From contig JACVCO010000018.1 in the NCBI GenBank assembly GCA_016741995.1, forward strand, positions 22,562 through 86,561: a stretch of 64,000 nt of DNA. The letters run 5' to 3'. Positions within the stretch are counted from its first letter, which is position 1. Every line of letters starts with the position of its first letter. Shown here in pieces: positions 8,674-17,033 of the stretch. The notes beneath the pieces are model-generated. The model saw only the letters and a program-made list of their open reading frames with translations. It was not told the DNA's origin and did no database searches. A program made the translations under genes and the position numbers. The DNA is from Hydrogenophaga sp. (lineage in GTDB: Bacteria; Pseudomonadota; Gammaproteobacteria; Burkholderiales; Burkholderiaceae_C).

Positions 8674-9537
8674 ATGAGCAGCACGCTTCCCACCCCCGCG
8701 GCCACCGTCGGCCGCCACCACGAACAACCCCCCGCGCTGCAGGCCCCGGGCAGCCGCACCTGGATCACACGCGGCGCCAATTTCGTCGTCGCCGTCTCCG
8801 ATGTCGAGGCGGGCGCGGTGCTCGCGCGCCAGGCCCAGCCCGATGAGTACATGGTGTTCCTGGCCGATGCCGGCGCCACGCTCGGCGCGGGCGGCGAGCG
8901 TGTCGAGTGCGCGGCGGGCACCCTGGCCATCGTGCCGCCAGGCGACAGCGAGCTGCGCGCTGCCAGCGGCGGGCGCATCGTGCGCATCCTCTCGCACCGC
9001 GCGAGCGACCTGGCCGCGCTGGCCGACAACGCCAGCGCGTACGCCGAAGGTGCGCCCGATGTGGCGCCGCTGGTGCCCTGGCCCACGCCACCCGATGGCT
9101 TTCGGCTGCGCACCTACGCCGTGGCCGATCACGCGCGCGAGGGCAGCAACATGCGCGTGTTCCGCAGCACCAACCTGATGGTCAACGTGATGCTGCCGCG
9201 CATGGTGGCGCGCGATGTGCGCAAGCTCAGCCCGCACTCGCATGCGGATTTCGAGCAAGGTTCGCTTGCCTTGTCGGGCCGGTGGCGCCACCACCTGCGT
9301 TACCCGTGGACACCGGACATGGACACCTGGCGCGAGGACGAGCACCTGGAGGTGGGCAGCCCGTCGCTGCTGGTGGTGCCGCCGCGCGTGATCCACACCA
9401 GCCACAACCTGAACGACGGTGGGGCCTGGCTGCTCGACATCTTCGCGCCGCCGCGGCTCGACTTCTCGCTGCGCCCCGGCGTCGTCTGCAACGCCGACGA
9501 CTACCCCATGCCCGAGGCCGTGGACACGCCCGCATGA
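8674..9537 (+). CDS. Uncharacterised bicupin-like protein
   Basis: C-terminal cupin metal motif PHSHADFEQ...PPRVIHTS; the N-terminal half looks like a degenerate cupin. Confidence 0.65.
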   Translation: MSSTLPTPAATVGRHHEQPPALQAPGSRTWITRGANFVVAVSDVEAGAVLARQAQPDEYMVFLADAGATLGAGGERVECAAGTLAIVPPGDSELRAASGGRIVRILSHRASDLAALADNASAYAEGAPDVAPLVPWPTPPDGFRLRTYAVADHAREGSNMRVFRSTNLMVNVMLPRMVARDVRKLSPHSHADFEQGSLALSGRWRHHLRYPWTPDMDTWREDEHLEVGSPSLLVVPPRVIHTSHNLNDGGAWLLDIFAPPRLDFSLRPGVVCNADDYPMPEAVDTPA

Positions 9538-10949
9538 CCGCACTGCACGGGTTGCGCGAGGCGTTTTCGGGGCGGTTGCTGCTGGACGAGGACGAGAAAG
9601 CGCCGTTCCTGACCGACTGGCGCGGCCGCTGGCGGGGCCAGGCATGTGCCGTGGTGCAGCCCGACACCGCGCAGGACGTGGCCGGTGTGCTGGCCTGGTG
9701 CCACGCGCGCAACGTGCCCGTGGTGCCGCAAGGCGGCAACACCGGCCTGTCGGGCGGCGCGGTGCCGGATGGGGCGGGCGCGGCGGTGCTGCTCTCGCTC
9801 ACGCGGCTCAACCGCATCCGCAGCGTCGACCCCGCCAACCACACGCTGGTGGCCGAGGCCGGGTGCACCCTGCTGCAGGTGCAGCAGGCGGCCGAAGAAG
9901 CGGGGCGCCTGTTTGCGCTCAGCCTGGCGGCCGAAGGCTCCTGCACCATCGGCGGCAACCTGGCCACCAACGCCGGCGGGGTGCAGGTGCTGAGCTTCGG
10001 CAACGCGCGCGAACTGTGTCTTGGCCTGGAGGTGGTGACGCCCGACGGCGAGCTCTGGAACGGGCTGCGTGGCCTGCGCAAGGACAACACCGGTTACGAC
10101 CTGCGCGATCTCTTCATCGGTTCCGAAGGCACGCTGGGCGTGATCACCGCGGCCGTGCTCAAGCTGCACCCGCGGCCCGCCGGGCAGGTGGCGTGTTTCG
10201 TGGCCGTGCCCGGCCCCGCGGCTGCGCTGCAGGTGCTGGGCCATGCGCAGTCGCGCCTGGGTTCTGCCCTCACGGCGTGCGAGCTGGTGTCGCACACCTG
10301 CCTGCAGCTGGTGGCGCGGCACATGCCGGCGGTTCGCCTGCCCTTGCAGGATGCGTCGCCCTGGTATGTGCTGCTCGAGGCCTCCGATGGCCGCGACGAA
10401 AACCACGCGCGCGAAGCCATCGAGTCGGCCCTGGAGCAGGCGCTGGACGATGGCTCGGCGACCGATGCCGCGGTGTCGGCCAGCCTGTCGCAGTTCGAGG
10501 CCCTGTGGGCGCTGCGCGAGAACATCTCCGAAGCGCAGGCGGCCGAAGGCAAGAACATCAAGCACGACATCGCTCTGCCGATCTCGCGCATACCGGCCTT
10601 TCTGGCCGAGGCGGACGCGGCCCTGATGCAGCGCTTCGAAGGCATCCGCCTCGTCACCTTCGGCCACCTGGGCGACGGCAACCTGCACTACAACCTGTCG
10701 CCGTCGCCCGAGCGCACGGGGGCCGAACACGCCGCGGCCTTTCTGGCGATGGAGCCGGCGATCAACCGCGTGGTCCACGATCTTGTGGCCGCGCAGGGCG
10801 GGTCGATCTCGGCCGAGCACGGCCTGGGGGTGTTGCGCCGCGACGAGGCCGCGCGCTACCGCTCGCCCATCGAGCAGCGGCTCATGGCCGCCATCAAGCA
10901 GGCGCTCGATCCGAAAGGCTTGATGAACCCGGGCAAGCTGCTGGCCTGA
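9534..10949 (+). CDS. FAD-binding oxidoreductase, D-2-hydroxyglutarate/D-lactate dehydrogenase-like (VAO/PCMH family)
   Basis: PQGGNTGL, IGGNLATNAGG, KDNTGYDL, GSEGTLG, FGHLGDGNLH, SAEHG, DPKGLMNPGK. ATGA overlap at 9534. Confidence 0.9.
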   Translation: MTALHGLREAFSGRLLLDEDEKAPFLTDWRGRWRGQACAVVQPDTAQDVAGVLAWCHARNVPVVPQGGNTGLSGGAVPDGAGAAVLLSLTRLNRIRSVDPANHTLVAEAGCTLLQVQQAAEEAGRLFALSLAAEGSCTIGGNLATNAGGVQVLSFGNARELCLGLEVVTPDGELWNGLRGLRKDNTGYDLRDLFIGSEGTLGVITAAVLKLHPRPAGQVACFVAVPGPAAALQVLGHAQSRLGSALTACELVSHTCLQLVARHMPAVRLPLQDASPWYVLLEASDGRDENHAREAIESALEQALDDGSATDAAVSASLSQFEALWALRENISEAQAAEGKNIKHDIALPISRIPAFLAEADAALMQRFEGIRLVTFGHLGDGNLHYNLSPSPERTGAEHAAAFLAMEPAINRVVHDLVAAQGGSISAEHGLGVLRRDEAARYRSPIEQRLMAAIKQALDPKGLMNPGKLLA

Positions 10950-10979
10950 TCGGCCGGCCCGCCCGGGCCCCTGGAAGGC

Positions 10980-11963
10980 TCAGCTGCGTGCGGGCGGGGC
11001 GGATGCACCGGCGGCCTGCACGGCCAGCGAGATCACGAGATCCATCGTGGGCGTGGCCACACCGGCCAGGCGCGCGAGTTCGCGCGGCACGGTGAGCAGC
11101 GACACCGTCTCCATCGGCCGGCCGAGCTCCATGTCCTGCAGGATCGAAGGCTTGTGGACCATCTTCGCGAGCCGCTCCACCGTGGCCTCGGCCGGCACCT
11201 TGATCGTGCAGCCCAGCGCCTGCGCCACGGCGATCGCTTCCTGCGCGAGTTGCAGCGCGGCCGCGCGCACCACGGGGTCGGCCAGCGTGTCGCGCATGCC
11301 CAGGCGCGAGAGCATGCACAGCGGGGCCGTGCTCAGGTTGCCCACCAGCTTGCCCCACACCATGCTGCGCATGTCCTGCGTCACCTCGCCACCGATGCCG
11401 CCGGCGCGCAGCACCGCGGCCAGGGCTTCCGCGCGGTCGCTGCTGCTGTTGTCGGGCTCGCCGATCACCAGGCGGTTCTCGCGGTGTTCGGTGATCACCA
11501 CGCCGGGCTCGACCACGGTGCTGGCGGTGTAGATCACGCCACCCAGCGTGCGCTCGATGCCGATGGCGCGGCGCACCGCGCCGCCCGGGTCGAGCGATTC
11601 GATGCGGTGGCCGTCGAAGGTGCCGCCGTGGCGGTCGAAGTACCACCACGGGATGCCGTTCATGACGAACACCACCGCCGTCTTGGGCCCGAGCAGGGGC
11701 GCGATGGCCTCGGCCACCTGGGGCAGGGCGGGCGTCTTCACGGTCACGAGCACGACGTCCTGCACGCCCAGCTCGGCCGGATCGGCGCTGGCGCGCAACG
11801 GGGCCTGCAGCGTTTCGTCGGCCGCGCGCACCGTGAGGCCCTTGTCGCGGATCGCGGCCAGGTGGGCGCCGCGCGCCACGATCGACACGTCGGCCCCGCC
11901 GCGCGCCAGGTAGGCCGCGAGCACGCCACCAATGGCACCCGCACCGAAAACACAGACCTTCAT
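10980..11963 (-). CDS. Ketopantoate reductase (ApbA/PanE)-like oxidoreductase
   Basis: VCVFGAGAIGG, ARGAHL, NGIPWWYF, WGKL, SILQDMELGRPME. ATG at 11963 after GGAAGG. Confidence 0.85.
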   Translation of the reverse strand: MKVCVFGAGAIGGVLAAYLARGGADVSIVARGAHLAAIRDKGLTVRAADETLQAPLRASADPAELGVQDVVLVTVKTPALPQVAEAIAPLLGPKTAVVFVMNGIPWWYFDRHGGTFDGHRIESLDPGGAVRRAIGIERTLGGVIYTASTVVEPGVVITEHRENRLVIGEPDNSSSDRAEALAAVLRAGGIGGEVTQDMRSMVWGKLVGNLSTAPLCMLSRLGMRDTLADPVVRAAALQLAQEAIAVAQALGCTIKVPAEATVERLAKMVHKPSILQDMELGRPMETVSLLTVPRELARLAGVATPTMDLVISLAVQAAGASAPPARS

Positions 11964-11980
11964 GCCCGCCCCTTCCTGCT

Positions 11981-12985
11981 TCACGTCGGTTTCACCACGC
12001 TGCGCCAGCGCGCCAGGTCGGCGTCGATCTCTTCCTTGAAGCCCGCGGTGGTGGTCTGCGCGGTGATGACGCCCAGCTCCAGCAGGCGCTTGCCGGCGGC
12101 TTCGGTGTTCATCACCTTGTTCACCACCGCGTGCAGCTTGGCCACGATGGGGGCAGGCACCTTGGCCGGTGCGAGCACGCCGTAGAGCGTGTCCACCACC
12201 AGTTGCGGGTAGCCCGCTTCCTTGAGCGTGGGGATGTCGGGTGCGGTGCTCAGCCGCTCGCCGTGCGTGATGGCAAGCCCGCGCAGGCGGCCCGACTGGA
12301 AGTGCGGCAGCGAGGTGCTGATGCCGTCGAAGAAGAAATCGATGTTGCCCGCCACGAGGTCGGTGAGCGCCTGGCCCGAACCGCCGTAGGCAATGCCCAC
12401 GGCCTGGATGCCGGTGGTCTTGAGGAAGTACTCGAGGGTGAGCGTGGTGGACGTGCCGGGCCCGCCATTGCCGTAGGTGAGCTTGCCCGGGTTGGCCCTG
12501 CCGTAGGCAATGAACTCCTGGATGGTCTTGACCGGCAGCTTGGGGTTGACCGACACCACCAGCGGGCTGCGGCCCACCAGCACCACGGGCTGGAAGTCGG
12601 TGAACTCGAACTGCGCCTGCTTGAAGATGACGGAATTGATCCACGTACCCGGCGCCGCGAGCAGCAGCGTGTAGCCATCGCCCGGGGCCTTGGCGACCTG
12701 GTTCGCACCGATCATGGCGCCCGCGCCCGGGCGGTTGATCACCACCGCCTGCTGGCCGAGTTCGCGGTAGATGCCCTCGGCAATCATGCGGCCCAGGATG
12801 TCGGTGGTGCCGCCCGCGGGGTAGGGCACCACGATGCTCACGGGGCGATCGGGGTAGTTCGCCGCCTCGTTGGCCCAGGCCGCGCCCGGCAGGCCTGCCC
12901 ACAGGCCGGCGGCGCCCGCGCCGGCCAGCAGTTGGCGCCGGCTCAGGCCCGGGGTGTGCTCATCGGTGGGGAATGGCTTGTTCAT
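11981..12985 (-). CDS. Bug/TctC tripartite tricarboxylate transporter substrate-binding protein (Tat signal)
   Basis: SRRQLL twin-arginine signal, YPDRPV.IVVPYPAGGTTD, NRPGA, PDIPT.KEAG. Confidence 0.92.
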   Translation of the reverse strand: MNKPFPTDEHTPGLSRRQLLAGAGAAGLWAGLPGAAWANEAANYPDRPVSIVVPYPAGGTTDILGRMIAEGIYRELGQQAVVINRPGAGAMIGANQVAKAPGDGYTLLLAAPGTWINSVIFKQAQFEFTDFQPVVLVGRSPLVVSVNPKLPVKTIQEFIAYGRANPGKLTYGNGGPGTSTTLTLEYFLKTTGIQAVGIAYGGSGQALTDLVAGNIDFFFDGISTSLPHFQSGRLRGLAITHGERLSTAPDIPTLKEAGYPQLVVDTLYGVLAPAKVPAPIVAKLHAVVNKVMNTEAAGKRLLELGVITAQTTTAGFKEEIDADLARWRSVVKPT

Positions 12986-13048
12986 CGTGTCTCCTTTGTG
13001 GTGCCACCACGGCGGGCGGCTGTGTGTTGATCGGATGGGAACGGGGGC

Positions 13049-13840
13049 TCAGAGCGATGCGCCGTCGACCGGCAGCGTGGCGCCCGTGACGTAGGCCGCG
13101 CCGTCGCTGGCGAGGAACAGCACCGCGGCCGCCACCTCGTCCGCGTGGGCTGGCCGGCCGACGGGGAAGTCGCGCATCCACGCGCGGCGCTGTTCGTCGG
13201 GCATGGCGTCGTGGCGGTCGCGGCTGCGCGTGCCGGGGTCGCCCAGCGCGAGTGAGGGCACGAGCACGTTGACGGTGATGCCGTGCTCGGCAACGTCTTT
13301 GGCGAGCTGCGCGGTGAAGCCGAACAACGCCGCCTTGGCGGTGGCGTAGGCAAGGCGGCAGCCGGTGGTGGTGATCGGGCCCTTCTTGCCGTGCGCGAGC
13401 GTGGACGAGAAGTTGACGATGCGACCGAAGCCGCGCTCGCGCATGAAAGGCACCGCGGCGCGGCTGAACAGGAAGCTGCTCTTGAGGTTGAGGTCGAGCA
13501 CCGCGTCCCAGGTGGCTTCATCGATCTGGTCGATGTCGCGCACGGTGGTGCCGCCGGCGCCGCCCGCGATGTTGACGAGGATGTCGAGACGGCCCCAGGC
13601 CTCGTGCGCGGCCTGCACCACGCGCTGCACGTCCTGCGCGAGAACCGCATCGGCCACCGCGTGGCGCACCTCGGCGCCGCTCTGTGCGAGTTCGGCCGCG
13701 AGCCGGGCGAGCCCTTCGGCATCGACGTCGGTGAGGAACAGGCGCGCACCGGCGGCGGCCAGGCGCCGGCTCGTGGCGGTACCCAGGCTGCCGGCGGCGG
13801 CCGTGATCAGCGCGGTGCGGTCCTTCAGCTCGTTGCTCAT
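13049..13840 (-). CDS. SDR family oxidoreductase
   Basis: ALITAAAGSLG (variant of TGxxxGxG), LDILVNIAG, GRIVNFSS, YATAK, VTGATLPVDG. ATG at 13840. Confidence 0.9.
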   Translation of the reverse strand: MSNELKDRTALITAAAGSLGTATSRRLAAAGARLFLTDVDAEGLARLAAELAQSGAEVRHAVADAVLAQDVQRVVQAAHEAWGRLDILVNIAGGAGGTTVRDIDQIDEATWDAVLDLNLKSSFLFSRAAVPFMRERGFGRIVNFSSTLAHGKKGPITTTGCRLAYATAKAALFGFTAQLAKDVAEHGITVNVLVPSLALGDPGTRSRDRHDAMPDEQRRAWMRDFPVGRPAHADEVAAAVLFLASDGAAYVTGATLPVDGASL

Positions 13841-13944
13841 GGTGTGTTGGTGATGGCATCGAGCGCGGGCCGCGTGGGCCATGCGTTCGACATGCAGGGG
13901 ATGGTAGGAAGAATGGCCCGTGCGAGACAGCGCGTTCTTGGCAC

Positions 13945-13961
13945 TTTCCGGAAGGCGGAAA
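13945..13961. promoter_or_regulatory. Palindromic operator copy 3 (TTTCCG-GAAGG-CGGAAA, perfect arms)
   Basis: Located in the AKR-SDR intergenic gap, upstream of the SDR-Bug-ApbA unit. Confidence 0.72.
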
Positions 13962-13974
13962 CCTGGCGTGGGTC

Positions 13975-14973
13975 TCAGTCTTGTTCGACGCGGGACATCA
14001 TGTCGGCGTCGTAGCGCGCGCCGCTGGCCGCACCGGGCGGCATCGCGGCGTCGATCTCGGCGAGATCCTCTGTGCTCAGCCGGACGTTCACCGCGCCGGC
14101 GTTCTCGGCCAGGAACTCGCGGCGCTCGGCGCCGAACAGCGGCAGCGCGCGCGGCCGGCTCATCACCCAGGCCAGCGCCAACTGCGCCGGCGTGCAGGCC
14201 AGGCGCTGCGACATGCGCTCCAGGGCGTGCACGAGTTCGATGTTGCGCTGGAAATTCTCGGGGTAGAAGCGCGGCGACTTGCGCCGCCCGTCGTCGGGGG
14301 GCAGGTCGTCGAGGCTGCGCACCTTGCCGGTGAGAAAGCCACGCCCGAGCACCGCATAGCCGACGAAGGTGACACCGAGTTCCTCGCAGGTGCCGAGCAA
14401 ACGCTCTTCGGGATCGCGCGACCACAGCGAGTACTCCGACTGCACCGCCGCGATCGGGTGCACCGCGGCGGCGCGCTGCAGGGTGTTGCTGGAGATCTCG
14501 GACAGGCCGAGAAAGCGGACCTTGCCCGCGCGCACGAGATCGGCCATGGCGCCCACGGTTTCCTCCACCGGCACACGCAGGTCGAGCCGGTGCATGTAGT
14601 AGAGATCAATGACGTCCACCCCGAGCCGTTTGAGACTGGCCTCGCAGGCTTCGCGCACATAGGCGGCGTCGCCGCGGATTTCGTTGCGGCCTTCGGCGTC
14701 GCGCGTGTAGCCGAACTTGCTGCACAGCACGGCGCGCTCGCGGCGCCCTTGCAACGCGGTGCCCACCAGGGTTTCGTTGTGGCCGCGGCCATAGAAGTCG
14801 GCGGTGTCGATCAGATCGATGCCGTGGTCGAGCGCCGCGCGGATGGCTTCGATGGATTCGGCCTCGTCGCGGTGGCCGTAGACATGGCTCATGCCATAAC
14901 AGCCCAGGCCCAGGGCGGACACCTCGATACCGCTGGAACCTAGCGGGACGCGTCGCATGTCGTTCGTGCTCAT
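13975..14973 (-). CDS. Aldo/keto reductase
   Basis: LGLGCYGMS, DTADFYG, SKFG, SLKRLGVDVIDLYYMHR, GLSE, QSEYSLW. Confidence 0.93.
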   Translation of the reverse strand: MSTNDMRRVPLGSSGIEVSALGLGCYGMSHVYGHRDEAESIEAIRAALDHGIDLIDTADFYGRGHNETLVGTALQGRRERAVLCSKFGYTRDAEGRNEIRGDAAYVREACEASLKRLGVDVIDLYYMHRLDLRVPVEETVGAMADLVRAGKVRFLGLSEISSNTLQRAAAVHPIAAVQSEYSLWSRDPEERLLGTCEELGVTFVGYAVLGRGFLTGKVRSLDDLPPDDGRRKSPRFYPENFQRNIELVHALERMSQRLACTPAQLALAWVMSRPRALPLFGAERREFLAENAGAVNVRLSTEDLAEIDAAMPPGAASGARYDADMMSRVEQD

Positions 14974-14991
14974 GGTGTGCGGGCCTCCGGA

Positions 14992-15432
14992 TCAGGCGGT
15001 GGTGGGGGTGCTGCTCTTGAACAGCGGCACGAGGCGGCGCGACGCGCAACGCCACTGGCCATCGGCCTCGCGCACCAGCACGTCGTGGCAGTCGGCGATG
15101 AGGTTGGGCACCTCGGCCGTCAGCACCGGTTCGCCATCGGCGGCATAGAGCACCAGCACCCAGCTGCAGGTGGCGTGGGTGTCGTCCTGCACCTGCACGC
15201 GCACGTTGCTCACCAGATGGCGCGAGATGCGCGCCCCGCGGTCGCGGCGCGAGCTGTAGAACTCGGCGATCACGGCGCGGCCCTGGCGCGTGCGCGCGCT
15301 GGTGGTGTAGCTGCCGTCCTCGGTGTAGAACTCGTGTGCGCGGGCGCCCCAGTTGGTGTCGACATCGTGCCAGTACTCGATGAGCGCGGACTGGATCTCG
15401 TGGCTGATGCGGAAGATGTCTTGAGGGGTCAT
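14992..15432 (-). CDS. SnoaL-like / NTF2-fold protein
   Basis: Y...VD......FYTEDG, RHLVSNV and terminal D.L.R...W....R pattern of SnoaL_4-type proteins. Confidence 0.75.
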   Translation of the reverse strand: MTPQDIFRISHEIQSALIEYWHDVDTNWGARAHEFYTEDGSYTTSARTRQGRAVIAEFYSSRRDRGARISRHLVSNVRVQVQDDTHATCSWVLVLYAADGEPVLTAEVPNLIADCHDVLVREADGQWRCASRRLVPLFKSSTPTTA

Positions 15433-15468
15433 GGAACGCGGGCGGTTGGTGCGGTGATGGGGGATGGG

Positions 15469-16338
15469 TCAGTTCGGGAAGCCGAACAGCCGGGCGGGGT
15501 TGTCGCGCAGGATGGTGTCGCGCACGGCGGCGTCGGGCACCTGGCGCGCGAACAGCTCGAGCAGTTCGGCGTCTTCGGGCATGGTGGCCTGCTCGCTGTC
15601 GTACAGCACGTGCGGCCAGTCGCTGCCCCAGAGCATGCGCTCGGGGCACATCGCGACGATGCGCTGCACGGGCGCCAGCGTGTCGTCGTAGGGCCGGCGT
15701 CGCTTGAGGTCGACGCGCGCGATCTTCATCCACCAGTGGCCGCTGTCCAGCCGGTCGCGGAAGAAGGCCATGGCTTCTTCGGTGCCCGGGGCCGCGGGGT
15801 CGAGGTAGGCGAGGTTGTCGACGATCACCGGCAGGCGCAGGCTGCGCAGCGCGGGCTGGTGGGCGAGGAAATCTTCCACGCCACCGTGCAGCGACAGGCT
15901 CCAGCCCATCGACTCGCAACGCGCGGCGGTGAACGCCAGCGCGGCGGCGTCGAAGCGTGCGCCCGAACGCGACAGCATGTTGAAGCGGGCCCCGCGCACA
16001 CCCGCGTCGTGCAACTGCGCGAGTTCGCTGTCGGGCGTGTTGTCGTCGATCGCGGCGATGCCGCGGTAGTGGTCGGGCCGGCGGCGCAGGGCGTCCAGCA
16101 GCACGGTGTGGTCGTTGCCGTAGATGGAGGCCTGCACGAGCACGGCGCGCTTAACGCCCAGCGTGTCGTGCACCCGCGCGAGGTCGTCGATCGTGGCGGG
16201 CAGCGGGTCGTACCGGCGGCTGGCCTGCAAGCGGCCGACGCCGGGCGGGCCGAACACGTGGATGGAGCAGTCGCAGGCGTCTGCGGGCAGGGCGATGGCG
16301 GGCTTGCGCGTGTCGCGGTGCCAGTCCAGGTAGGGCAT
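15469..16338 (-). CDS. Amidohydrolase_2 family protein (LigI-like), copy B
   Basis: VQASIYGNDH, AGVRGARFN, WGSDWPH, NPARLFGF; clear paralog of 5284-6165. Confidence 0.85.
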   Translation of the reverse strand: MPYLDWHRDTRKPAIALPADACDCSIHVFGPPGVGRLQASRRYDPLPATIDDLARVHDTLGVKRAVLVQASIYGNDHTVLLDALRRRPDHYRGIAAIDDNTPDSELAQLHDAGVRGARFNMLSRSGARFDAAALAFTAARCESMGWSLSLHGGVEDFLAHQPALRSLRLPVIVDNLAYLDPAAPGTEEAMAFFRDRLDSGHWWMKIARVDLKRRRPYDDTLAPVQRIVAMCPERMLWGSDWPHVLYDSEQATMPEDAELLELFARQVPDAAVRDTILRDNPARLFGFPN

Positions 16339-16433
16339 GGGTTGTCTCGTCTTTCGTGCCGGCCGCGGTCTCTGGCGGGCTGGGCGCGAAGGATGCGGCA
16401 GGGGGCCGGCGGTGACAACGTCTGCGTGCGAAC

Positions 16434-16450
16434 TTTCCGTGCCGCGGAAG
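16434..16450. promoter_or_regulatory. Palindromic operator copy 4 (TTTCCG-TGCCG-CGGAAG)
   Basis: Nearly the exact reverse complement of copy 1; upstream of the minus-strand arm. Confidence 0.7.
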
Positions 16451-16490
16451 GATGCGGCCGGGCGCTGCGGGGCAGCGCGAAAGCATTGAC

Positions 16491-16564
16491 TGGAGCGGGT
16501 GAAGGGAATCGAACCCTCGTATGAAGCTTGGGAAGCTGCCGTTCTGCCATTGAACTACACCCGC
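16491..16564 (-). tRNA. tRNA-Gly (anticodon CCC)
   Basis: Reverse complement GCGGGTGTAGTTCAATGGCAGAACGGCAGCTTCCCAAGCTTCATACGAGGGTTCGATTCCCTTCACCCGCTCCA: cloverleaf, TTCGA T-loop, encoded CCA. Confidence 0.97.
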
Positions 16565-16646
16565 GAGCCGCGGAGTTTAATCGCAGTGCCGCTCTGGCCG
16601 AGCGGCCGGCCCTCGGTTCAACCACTTCCACTGACTGGACAACCAC

Positions 16647-17027
16647 ATGCACAAGCCTCGCGTTTCGGTATGGGCGGCGACCGCATTCTTCTGGGCGCTG
16701 GGCGCTTCCCCGGTCGGGGCGCAGGGCTTTCTGGGCGCCGCCGATGTGAGGGCGCTGATCGAGGGCAATACGGTGGAGGTTCAGCGTGGCAATGGCACGC
16801 GCTACCTGGCCTACTACGAGCCCGGCGGGATCTGGCTGCGCCAGGAGCGGGGCCAGATTGCCCAGGGAGCGTGGCGGGTGCTCGACGATGGCAACCAGTG
16901 CGTGGCCATCGGCCGGGACGACTCTTGCGCGCTGATCCAGAAAAACCCGGACGGCACCTTCACGCGGATATCGAACGGCGTTGCCCAGTTCACCTGGCTG
17001 AAGGTGATGCCGGGCAAGGGGTTCTGA
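16647..17027 (+). CDS. Small exported beta-rich hypothetical protein (possibly DUF995-like)
   Basis: Signal peptide ending VGA-Q; GNT...YY..GG...G.W.V...G..C....C pattern. Confidence 0.6.
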   Translation: MHKPRVSVWAATAFFWALGASPVGAQGFLGAADVRALIEGNTVEVQRGNGTRYLAYYEPGGIWLRQERGQIAQGAWRVLDDGNQCVAIGRDDSCALIQKNPDGTFTRISNGVAQFTWLKVMPGKGF

Positions 17028-17033
17028 GCACCT

